This document shows positions 15,001 through 25,830 of a DNA stretch of 64,000 nt, piece after piece. The first letter of the stretch is position 1; each line of letters opens with the position of its first letter. The DNA lies in the NCBI GenBank assembly GCA_964016885.1, contig OZ024741.1, forward strand, positions 265,360,001 to 265,424,000, in the 5' to 3' direction. The stretch is from Eledone cirrhosa. Taxonomy: Eukaryota. A model generated the notes under the pieces. That model did not search any database, had not been told where the DNA came from, and saw only the letters and a list, made by a program, of their open reading frames with translations. The position numbers and the translations under genes were made by a program.

Positions 15001-18000
15001 CCACCAAACCAACTGACACTACCACTAAACCACATGACACGGCCACCAAACCACCTGACACTGCCAATAAACCACTTGACACTGCCACCAAACCACTTGA
15101 CACTGCCACCAAACCACTTGACACTGCCACCAAACCTCCTGACACTGCCACCAAACCACTTGACACTGCCACCAAACCACCTGACACTGCCACCAAACCT
15201 CCTGACACTGCCACCAAACCACCTGACACTGCCACCAAACCATCTGACACTGCCACCAAACCACTTGACACTGCCACCAAACCACCTGACACTGCCACCA
15301 AACCACCTGACACTGCCACCAAACCACCTAACACTGGGACCAAACTACTTGAAACTGCCACCAAACCACCTGACACTGCCACCAAACCACCTGACACTGC
15401 CACCAAACCACCTGACACTGCCACCAAACCACATGACACTGCCACCAAACCACCTGACACTGCAACCAAACCACTTGACACTGCCTCCAAACCACCTGAC
15501 ACTGCCACCAAACCACCTGACACTGCCACCAAACCACTTGACCCTGCCACCAAACCACCTGACACTGCCACAAAATTACTTGACACTGCCACCAAACCAC
15601 TTGACACCGCCACCAAACCTCCTGACACTGCCACCAAACCACCTGACACTGCCACCAAACCACCTGACACTGCCACCAAACCGCCTGACACTGCCACCAA
15701 ACCGCCTGACACTGCCACCAAACTGCCTGACACTGCCACCAAACCACTTGACACTGCCACCAAACCACCTGACACTGCCACCAAACCACCTGGCACTGCC
15801 ACCAAACCACTTGACCCTGCCACCAAACCACCTGACACTGCCACAAAATTACTTGACACTGCCACCAAACCACTTGACACCGCCACCAAACCACCTGACA
15901 CTGCCACCAAACCACCTGACACTGCCACCAAACCACCTGACACTGCCACCAAACTGCCTGACACTGCCACCAAACCACCTGACACTGCCACAAAACTACT
16001 TGACACTGCCACCAAACCACCTGACACTGCCGCCAAACCACCTGACACTGCCACCAAACCACATGACACTGCCACCAAACCACCTGACACTATCACCAAA
16101 CCACTTGACACTGCCTCCAAACCACCTGACACTGCCACCAAACCACCTGACACTGCGCCAAACCACCTGACACTGCCACCAAACCAACTGACACTACCAC
16201 TAAACCACCTGACACTGCCACCAAACCAACTGACACTACCACTAAATCACATGACACGGCCACCAAACCACCTGACACTGCCACTAAACCACTTGACACT
16301 GCCACTAAACCACTTGACACTGCCACCAAACCACTTGACACTGCCACCAAGCCACTTGACACTGCCACCAAACCTCCTGACACTGCCACCAAACCACTTG
16401 ACACTGCCACCAAACCACCTGACACTGCCACCAAACCTCCTGACACTGCCACCAAACCACCTGACACTGCCACCAAACCACCTGACACTGCCACTAAACC
16501 ACTTGACACTGCCACCAAACCACTTGACACTGCCACCAAACCTCCTGACACTGCCACCAAACCACTTGACACTGCCACCAAACCACCTGACACTGCCACC
16601 AAACTGCCTGACACTGCCACCAAACCACCTGACACTGCCACCAAACCACCTGACACTGCCACCAAACCACTTGACACTGCCACCAAACCACCTAACACTG
16701 GGACCAAACCACCTAACACTGGGACCAAACTACTTGAAACTGCCACCAAACCACCTGACACTGCCACCAAACCACCTGACACTGCCACCAAACCACTTGA
16801 CCCTGCCACCAAACCACTTGACACCGCCACCAAACAACCTGACACTGCCACCAAACCACCTGACACTGCCACCAAACCACCTGACACTGCCACCAAACCA
16901 CCTGACACTGCCACCAAACTGCCTGACACTGCCACCAAACCACCTGACACTGCCACAAAACTACTTGACACTGCCACCAAACCACCTGACACTGCCGCCA
17001 AACCACCTGACACTGCCACCAAACCACATGACATTGCCACCAAACCACCTGACACTGCCACCAAACCACTTGACACTGCCTCCAAACCACCTGACACTGA
17101 CACTGCCACCAAACCACCTGACACTGCCACCAAACCACCTGACACTGCCACCAAACCACTTGACCCTGCCACCAAACCACCTGACACTGCCACAAAATTA
17201 CTTGACACTGCCACCAAACCACTTGACACCGCCACCAAACCTCCTGACACTGCCACCAAACCACCTGACACTGCCACCAAACCACCTGACACTGCCACCA
17301 AACTGCCTGACACTGCCACCAAACCACCTGACACTGCGCCAAACCACCTGACACTGCCACCAAACCACTTGACACTGCCACCAAACCACCTGACACTGCC
17401 ACCAAACCACCTGACACTGTGCCAAACCACCTGACACTGCCACCAAACCACCTGAAACTGCCACTAAACCACTTGACACTGCCACCAAACCACTTGACAC
17501 TGCCACCAAACCACCTGACACTGCCACCAAACCACCTGACACTGCCACCAAACCACTTGACACTGCCATCAAACCACTTGACACTGCCACCAAACTGCCT
17601 GACACTGCCACCAAACCACTTGACACTGCCACCAAACCACTTGACACTGCCACCAAACAACTTGACACTGCCACCAAACCACCTGACACTACCACCAAAC
17701 CACTTGACACTGCCACCAAACTGCCTGACACTGCCACCAAACCACCTGACACTGCCACCAAACCACTTGACACTGCCACCAAACCACCTGACACTACCAC
17801 CAAACCACTTGACACTGCCACCAAACTGCCTGACACTGCCACCAAACTGCCTGACACTGCCACCAAACCACCTGACACTGCCACCAAACCACTTGACACT
17901 GCCACCAAACTGCCTGACACTGCCACTAAACCACTTGACACTGCCACCAAACAACTTGACACTGCCACCAAACCACCTGACACTGCCACCAAACCACTTG

Positions 18001-20126
18001 ACACTGCCACCAAACCACTTGACACTGCCACAAAATTACTTGACACTGCCACCAAACCACTTGACACTGCCACCAAACCACCTGACACTGCCACCAAACC
18101 ACCTGACACTGCCACCAAACCACCTGACACTGCCACCAAACCACCTGACACTGCCACCAAACCGCCTGACACTGCCACCAAACTGCCTGACACTGCCACC
18201 AAACCACCTGACACTGCGCCAAACCACCTGACACTGCCACCAAACCACTTGACACTGCCACCAAACCACCTGACACTGCCACCAAACCACCTGACACTGA
18301 GCCAAACCACCTGACACTGCCACTAAACCACTTAACACTGCCACCACACCACCTGACACTGCCACCAAACCACCTGACACTGCCACCAAACCACTTGACA
18401 CTGCCACCAAACCACCTGACACTACCACCAAACCACTTGACACTGCCACCAAACTGCCTGACACTGCCACCAAACCACTTGACACTGCCACCAAACCACT
18501 TGACACTGCCACCAAACTGCCTGACACTGCCACCAAACCACTTGACACTGCCACCAAACAACTTGACACTGCCACCAAACCACCTGACACTACCACCAAA
18601 CCACTTGACACTGCCACCAAACTGCCTGACACTGCCACCAAACCACCTGACACTGCCACCAAACCACCTGACACTGCCACCAAACCAGCTGACACTGCCA
18701 CCAAACCACTTGACACTGCCACCAAACCACCTGACACTACCACCAAACCACTTGACACTGGCACCAAACCACTTGACACTGCCACCAAACCACCTGACAC
18801 TGCCACCAAACCACTTGACACTGCCACCAAACCACTTGACACTGCCACCAAACTGCCTGACACTGCCATCAAACCACTTGACACTGCCACCAAACCACTT
18901 GACACTGCCACCAAACCACTTGACACTGCCACCAAACCACTTGACACTGCCACCAAACAACTTGACACTGCCACCAAACCACCTGACACTACCACCAAAC
19001 CACTTGACACTGCCACCAAACTGCCTGACACTGCCACCAAACCACCTGACACTGCCACCAAACCACCTGACACTGCCACCAAACCACCTGACACTGCCAC
19101 CAAACCACTTGACACTGCCACCAAACCACCTGACACTACCACCAAACCACTTGACACTGCCACCAAACTGCCTGACACTGCCACCAAAGCACCTGACACT
19201 GCCACCAAACCACTTGACACTGCCACCAAACTGCCTGACACTGCCACCAAACCACTTGACACTGCCACCAAACAACTTGACACTGCCACCAAACCACCTG
19301 ACACTACCACCAAACCACTTGACACTGCCACCAAACTGCCTGACACTGCCACCAAACCACCTGACACTGCCACCAAACCACTTGACACTGCCACCAAACC
19401 ACTTGACACTGCCACCAAACCACTTGACACTGCCACCAAACTGCTTGACACTGCCACCAAACCTCCTGACACTGGCACCAAACCACTTGACACTGCCACC
19501 AAACCACCTGACACTGCTACCAAACCACCTGACACTGCCACCAAACCACTTGACACTGCCACCAAACCACCTGACACTACCACCAAACCACTTGACACTG
19601 CCACCAAACTGCCTGACACTGCCAACAAACCACCTGACACTGCCACCAAACCACTTGACACTGCCACCAAACCACTTAACACTGCCACCAAACCGCTTGA
19701 CACTGCTACCAAACTGCCTGACACTGCCACCAAACCACTTGACACTGCCACCAAACCACTTGACACTGCCACCAAACCACTTTACACTGCCACCAAACTG
19801 CCTGACACTACCACCAAACCACTTGACACTGCCACCAAACCTCCTGACACTGCTACCAAACCACTTGACACTGCCACCAAACCACCTGACACTGCCACCA
19901 AACCACCTGACACTGCCACCAAACCACTTGACACTGCCACCAAACCACTTGACACTGCCACCAAACCACTTGACACTGCCACCAAACCACCTGACACTAC
20001 CACCAAACCACTTGACACTGCCACCAAACTGCCTGACACTGTCACCAAACTGCCTGACACTGCCACCAAACCACTTGACACTGCCACCAAACCACTTGAC
20101 ACTACCACCAAACTGCCTGACACTGC
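1..20126. repeat. 21-bp tandem satellite array, consensus CTGACACTGCCACCAAACCAC (C/T variant CTTGAC), roughly 950 monomers, continuing beyond the left edge
   Basis: Directly visible periodicity; 7-aa periodic translations (LTLPPNH, TATKPPD, VAVSGGL); abrupt end at ~20126 into AT-rich unique DNA. Confidence 0.98.
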
Positions 20127-20400
20127 TCCTGGTTCTATACTCCATAACTTTGTTTTGAATTGTTTATATTCAATCTAAAATCATAATTTTATGTAAAAAC
20201 TTTGATTAGGTTATTGTTTGAAACACTAACTTAATGAAATACTTGGTTAAATTACAAAATCCCTTCAAATTCTTAATTATTTTCAAGACTATTTGAATGT
20301 CTGAGGCAGTCTATTTCATTAGAAATCTGGTTATGTAATTATTAACATCAGCTCTAAGTATCTTTTTGATTATCTTTGTTCTTTCAGTGAGGTCATACCA

Positions 20401-20520
20401 ATGGAAGACATATCCAGGATTCCACAAGCTAATGGAATTAAAGTGTTCATACAGCGAGACTACACAGATGGCACCCCAGTCAGATTCCAGACAAAATTTC
20501 CTGCTGAATTGGAAGGAAGG
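20401..20520 (+). CDS. GOLGA7: GOLGA7/GCP16 (Erf4 family) coding exon A; exon begins at 20388 after an acceptor, so coding may start in an upstream exon
   Basis: Translates [40 protein letters not shown], matching the GOLGA7 N-terminal [20 protein letters not shown] motif; acceptor tctttgttctttcAG at 20386-20387, donor GTtagt at 20521 (phase 0). Confidence 0.93.
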
Positions 20521-20781
20521 GTTAGTTCCACTAAGTACCAAATGCTTAGTAATCTTGTAATTCTTACTTAACTTTTAATATTAATGGGTTGGCACCAGGA
20601 AAGGCTTCTGATCATGATATATTGCCTCAGAAAAGAGCCCATGATGAGTATGAAATTTGTTGTAGGGCCCCACATTGCTAATCCTTGCTAAACGACCCTA
20701 AAAAAAATCCTATTGTTGTCTTTTTAATTGCTGCTATATAATTGATTTTCTAACGATCTATTGATTCTGTTAACATTCCAG

Positions 20782-20934
20782 ATTGAAAGATCAACATTTG
20801 CGGAGACGATAAACACCATCAATGAAATGTACAAGGAAGCAGAAAGCTTGGGAGGCAGTACTTACTGTGAGAGCTGTTTCGCTTGCCTCACTGCCTATCT
20901 TTCCTATTTGTGTGTAGACACTCACTATGAAAAG
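20782..20934 (+). CDS. GOLGA7: GOLGA7 coding exon B
   Basis: IERSTFAETINTINEMYKEAESLGGSTYCESCFACLTAYLSYLCVDTHYEK resembles human IDRQQFEETV...EAEKLGG.SY.E.CLACLTAY...C.ETHYEK; acceptor ttccAG at 20780-20781, donor GTtatt at 20935. Confidence 0.95.
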
Positions 20935-21056
20935 GTTATTATTAATTGTTGCAATCATCATCATCATCATCATCATCATCATTGACATCAACATCAACAT
21001 TATCATTGTCATTATCATCATCATCATCCTTGACATCAACATTATCATTGTCATTA

Positions 21057-23376
21057 TAACTTACTAGAGGCAACGGATGAGTAAGACCACAAGCAGGAGG
21101 AGAGTGACTTGGTGGTGGAACAATAAGGTAGATGAGGCAGTTAAGGCCAAGAGACAGGCATGGAAGAATGGGGGGAGCAGGGTACATTACATAGAGACCA
21201 AGAGGGAAGCTAGGCGACAAGTATACTTAGCTAGGAGGGAAGCAGAGGATAGAAAATTCAAGCATGTTTTGCAACGTGAGGACCAGAAACAGGAGGTGTT
21301 CAAGATTGCGAAGCAGTGTGTCAGAGAGAATTGTGATGTCATTGGAGAGAAGTGTATCCGGAATGATAAAGGTGGGCTTGCCCTCACAAGTGCTGAGAAG
21401 AAAGATGCATGGAAGAGTCATTATGATAGATTACTAAATGAGGAGAATGCATGGGAAGAAGAGACCCTACCCCTAGTAGACCCTATAGAGAGGCCAGCAG
21501 TACAAGTCAGCAGCAGCGTAGTAAGTAAGGCAATCAAAGATATGAAGATGGGGAAGGCAACCGGTCCATCAGGTATAGCTGCCGAGATGCTGAAGGCATC
21601 TGGGTCGGTAGGTCACACCATAACCACACGTATTGTTAACCAGGTAATACTAGAAGGTGTCATACCAAAGGATTGGTGCAGTAGCATCATTGTCAACTGC
21701 TACAAAGGTAAAGGTGATTCACTAGATAGAGGAAACTATAGAGGTATAAAGCTGATGGACCAGGTCATGAAAGTAACAGAAAGAGTTATAGCACAGTTGA
21801 TTAGGGACCGGGTGAAACTAGATGAGATGCAATTTGGGTTTGTGCCAGGAAGAGGCACTATTGATGTTAAAAGTAAACCACTCTACCTGGCATTTGTTGA
21901 TCTTGAGAAAGCCTTTGACAGAGTTCCCGTGCTATGATCTGGTGGGCTCTTAGAAAACTAGGAGTAGATGAATGGCTTGTGAAAGCTGTACAAGCCATGT
22001 ATAGGGGAGCAGTCAGCAAAGTTAGGATTAGCAATGAGTATAGCGAGGAATTTAGCGTACAGGTTGGGGTCCACCAGGGCTCTGTTCTTAACCCTCTCTT
22101 GTTCATCATAGTCCTGCAGGCAATAACGGAGGAGTTTAAGACCGGATGCCCATGGGAACTCCTGTATGCTGATGGCCTCGCACTTATAGCTGAATCTATG
22201 GTAGAACTAGAGAATAAATTCCAAACTTGGAAGCAGGGACTAGAAAGAAAGGGTCTCAAAGTCAACATGACAAAGACTAAGGTCCTTGTAAGTAGACGAG
22301 AAAACAGAACCCAGATCCCCTCAGGGAAATGGCCTTGCTCAGTATGTAGGAAAGGTGTAGGTAGGAACTCCATTCTCTGCCCCAAATGCAAACAATGGGT
22401 ACACAAGAGATGTAGCAGGATCTTAGGAAGCTTAATTAAGAATGTAGGCTTCACATGCAGCAGCTGTACTGGGACAGCAAGCAGCAAACAGCCACTGGAA
22501 ACAAGTACCACCAATCTCTGGGAGGGCTCCGTAGAGACAGTAGACAGCTTCTGCTACCTAGGTGACCGAATTAGCAGCGGAGATGGGTGTTCAGAAAGTA
22601 CAATAACTAGGGTAAGAACGGGATGGAAGAAGTTCAGGGAACTACTACCACTGCTAGCTGCAAAAGGCTTCTCCCTCAAAATGAAAGGCAGACTGTATGA
22701 TGCGTGTATACGAACAGCAATGTTACATGGTAGTGAGACCTGGGCGCTGAAGGTGGAAGACTTCCATAGATTAGAGAGAAACGAAGCCTGCATGCTCTGA
22801 TGGATGTGTAATAGTAATATGCGCGAACGACAAAGCATAAATGAATTGAGAGAGAGACTGAGCATAAGAAGAATCACATGCTGTGTGCAGGAGAGGCGGT
22901 TGCGTTGGTATAGACATGTGATGCGTGTGAAGGATGACAGCTGCATAAAAAGGTGCAGAGCACTAGAAGTCGATGCAAACCGCGGAGAGACCCAAGATGA
23001 CCTGGGATGAGGTGATAAAAGCCGACCTTACCCAATTACACCTCTCAAAGGCGATGACACACGACCGTGGGTACAAGCTGAAGCATATAGACAATATTCC
23101 CTAACCCCTCCCACTGCCAGGTGGTCGTGGAGGTGCCAGGGCAAAAAAGCACCCAGCCCACACTGTAAAGTGGACGTGTAGGTGCCACGAAAAAGCACCC
23201 AGCACTCACTGTAAATGAGGTTGGTGTTAGGAAGGGCATCCAGCTGTAGAAATCAAGCCAGATCAGTTCCTGTATGAGCAAGGCATGGTCAGCCGACCAG
23301 ACACTGCTCACAACAGGACAACCCGTCTAGCCCATGCTAGCATGGAAGAACGGACGTAAAGCGGTGATGATGATGA
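21057..23376 (+). mobile_element. 5'-truncated, decayed RTE-clade LINE in GOLGA7 intron B-C
   Basis: ORF pieces 21077-21937, 21934-22800, 22804-23010 with KATGPSGI, NYRGIKL, QFGF, AFVDLEKAFDRV, GVHQGSVL.PLLF, YADG (mutated YADD), FCYLG, LHGSETW, RLRWY.HV.R; 3' UTR ends in (GAT)n; frameshifts and stops. Confidence 0.92.
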
Positions 23377-23723
23377 TTATCATCATCTCCACCATCCTTG
23401 ACATCAACATTATCATTGTCATTAGTATCATCTACATTATCATCATTGTCATCAGGATTATCGTTGTCACCATCTGCATTATAATCATTGTTATCTATAT
23501 TATTGTCACCATCGTTATCTTTATTAGTTTTACATCTATTTTATTCCATGCAAACATTGTACCTAAATTCAGAAACCATTATTTTGTTGTTGTTGTTGTT
23601 TTTAAAAGATGTTTCTGTTTGTTTATGTTTAATTATTATTTAAAACAATTTAAGCTCTTTTTTTTCTTTTTATCTCTTTTGGTTTAATATTTTCATCGTT
23701 ACATCTTAAATTTCTTTGCTCAG

Positions 23724-23825
23724 TGTCTGAAAAAGATTGGTCGTTATATTGAGAACCAGAACCAAACAATATATGTTTCCCGTGGGTTAATGTTGGTAGA
23801 TCCAGCTGAACGAGGTTTGCGAACA
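23724..23825 (+). CDS. GOLGA7: GOLGA7 coding exon C
   Basis: CLKKIGRYIENQNQTIYVSRGLMLVDPAERGLRT resembles human [34 protein letters not shown]; acceptor tttctttgctcAG, donor GTATCCTTT at 23826. Confidence 0.95.
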
Positions 23826-23959
23826 GTATCCTTTGGCATCACAGCTTTATTGAATTGTTTTTACTATTTTTCCCCTTCTTTCTATATCTGTCATCTAAAT
23901 ACACAAGAGAGCTCCTATAAAATGTAACCTCTTGGAAAGCTGGCTAAAGCTACACAGGT

Positions 23960-24156
23960 TTAACCCTTTAGCATTTACTATTATATTTTCATGGTAAAGG
24001 CTTTATCTCACATAATATGGAATCTATGAGATTTTGATGATGTTATTATTTAATTTGAGAACAATACCTTAATATCAGTATGAGTGGCTGGTTATAATTG
24101 GTTTGAACAGAAAGGGATGAGAGAATTATAGCCGGTTTAAATGCTTGACGGGTTAA
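23960..24156. mobile_element. piggyBac-type MITE
   Basis: TTAA-CCCTTTAGCATTTA ... TAAATGCTTGACGGG-TTAA; homologous to copies at 38819-39034 and 39573-39800. Confidence 0.75.
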
Positions 24157-24683
24157 GCCATAGCATCGCTACCATCATCATCAGCTTGGGAATTTGAGTC
24201 TCCTACATGTATGATTTGATAATTTAACTCTTTTTCTTTCCATGTTTCTAACAAGAATATAATGCCATTGTGTTTTAATTCTCAACATCCTGTAATGGTT
24301 TAACAGAAAACATCTAATCAAAATATTGTTATTAAGTTGGGGTTTGGAACATAACTTAACAAGTGATTTTACATAAAATTATGTTTTTAGATAATAAACA
24401 CTTTAACGCTTTCATTTTTATGAGAGTGGTGGATTGGCAGAGTTACAGCCCTTTATGTTTTGAGTTCAAATCCTGCCATGGTTAGCTTTGACTTTCCTCT
24501 CCCCCCAAATTATTAGCCTTGTACCTAAATAGAAACCGTATTTCTAATGAAAAACACTGCCTGTGATTTTTAAATAATTTAAGCTGGTGTTTGGAGCATG
24601 ACTTAACAAAGGTCTTTACTTTACATTATGATGGAAGGTTTTTAGATAGACGTAAACAGAGACAGTTTGGTATTGAGAAAGTT

Positions 24684-24862
24684 GGGCGGTGGATTGGCAG
24701 TATCGGTAGAGGGCCAGACGCCATGCTTTGACGCAAAGAGTTACGGCCCTTTATGGTCTGAGTTCAAATCCCACCGAGGTTAACTTTGCCTTACGGGGTC
24801 GATAAAATAAAGTACCAGTCACGCACTGGGATAATTGCTGACCTTGTGCAAAAGTAGAAATA
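24684..24862 (+). mobile_element. tRNA-derived SINE (Meta/MESC-like central domain) with a 59-bp flanking direct repeat
   Basis: A-box-like GGATTGGCAGTATCGGTAG, B-box GAGTTCAAATCC, core GGGGTCGATAAAATAAAGTACCAG; flanks 24625-24683 and 24863-24921 differ at 2 positions. Confidence 0.8.
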
Positions 24863-25307
24863 ATTATGATGGAAGGTTTTTAGATAGACGTAAACAAAGA
24901 CAGTTTGATATTGAGAAAGTTAAATTATATGTTGAGTTTAGAAAAAGGTTTCTCTCCATTTTTATTATACCTTGTCATTTTAAAAATTAGATTCAGTCAT
25001 CTATTTGTGTACACACACACACGGACACATACACATACTACATGTTATATGCTCATATGTATCCTGGATACAGGATACAGATGAGCATATAACATGGAGT
25101 TAGATTTAGCACTGCATTCTATCATGATAAAATACTCAGTAGTGTGTGTGAAACTGTCCACTGAAAGACAGCTGATGATCTGGAGTTCTGTGTTGTTTAC
25201 CTTCTTTATATTTTCTGTTCATTTATTGCCTCCATACTTCCCTGTCTTTGTCCCATTTTGAATTAGATATATATGTGTGTATATATTTTCCTTAACCCAG
25301 TGTTCAG

Positions 25308-25373
25308 TTGGAAATCTGTATCTTGCAAGACTCTGGTATTAGCGGAGGTGGGAGTGGTCTTGGAGGAAGATGA
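25308..25373 (+). CDS. GOLGA7: GOLGA7 terminal coding exon D (with TGA stop)
   Basis: LEICILQDSGISGGGSGLGGR* resembles human IEITIYEDRG..SGR; acceptor tgttcAG at 25306-25307 preceded by a U12 branch site. Spliced ORF from ATG 20401 is 146 aa. Confidence 0.9.
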   Translation: MEICILQDSGISGGGSGLGGR

Positions 25374-25599
25374 TACATGAATTTGTGAAATTTTGGTTGT
25401 TGTTTCATCTGTGGGATGGGAATGGGTAGGGCTTGGTGAGAGGATGAGGGGTGGGTCTTTGGAATATTGTCATCATCAAAATTACTACTACTCCTACTAC
25501 AATTACTACTACTACTATTACTATTGTCATTTATGATTCTTAATTATATTAATAGTAATGAAAATGGAAGGAAAATAATAATGAAAAGCATACAAGTTA

Positions 25600-25640
<41 letters not shown>

Positions 25641-25830
25641 GGGTGGTGGATTGGCAGTATTGGTAGAGTGTTGGAAAATGCCATTTATGTTCTGAGTTCA
25701 AGTCCCGTGAAGGTCAACTTTGCCTTTCATCCTTACGGGGTCGATAAAATAAAGTACCAGTAATCTACTGGGGTCGATGTAATCGACTTTTCCATCAAAT
25801 TGCAGGCCTTGTACCTAAAGTAGAAATTAT
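25641..25830 (+). mobile_element. Meta-like SINE copy just 3' of the GOLGA7 stop, after a (TTA)n tract
   Basis: Same A/B boxes and GCCTTTCATCCTTACGGGGTCGATAAAATAAAGTACCAG core. Confidence 0.8.

Larger units (their letters stand above)
23826..25307 (+). other. U12-type (minor spliceosome) GT-AG intron, 1482 bp
   Basis: 5' splice site GTATCCTTT (23826-23834); branch point TTTTCCTTAAC (25286-25296) with branch A 12 nt from the AG; no polypyrimidine tract; splicing keeps the GOLGA7 frame. Confidence 0.92.

Noticed and set aside
1-20126. CRISPR array or telomeric repeat
   Set aside because: No unique spacers and no cas genes; the unit is not TTAGGG-like.
1-20158. Long ORFs (up to 1108 aa; LTLPPNH, mucin-like TATKPPD, VAVSGGL, WWQCQVV)
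   Set aside because: A 21-bp monomer is open in five of six frames by construction; frames switch at random indels, most starts are TTG/GTG, and there is no signal peptide, unique domain or splice context.
20366-20560. ORF-track 64-aa ORF over the first GOLGA7 exon, and the poly-His end of ORF 20761-20985
   Set aside because: Wrong frame for the exon; the His run is an intronic (CAT)n tract beyond the 20935 donor.
21025-23424. 32-bp direct repeat around the RTE LINE as a long TSD
   Set aside because: The right copy (23393-23424) is not adjacent to the tail and the motif is already tandem at ~20980-21056; more likely a pre-existing local repeat.
25145-25190. GAAAC-T-GTC...CTGATGA hammerhead-like words in the U12 intron
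   Set aside because: Stem II does not pair, stem III has a 1-nt loop and stem I is out of register.
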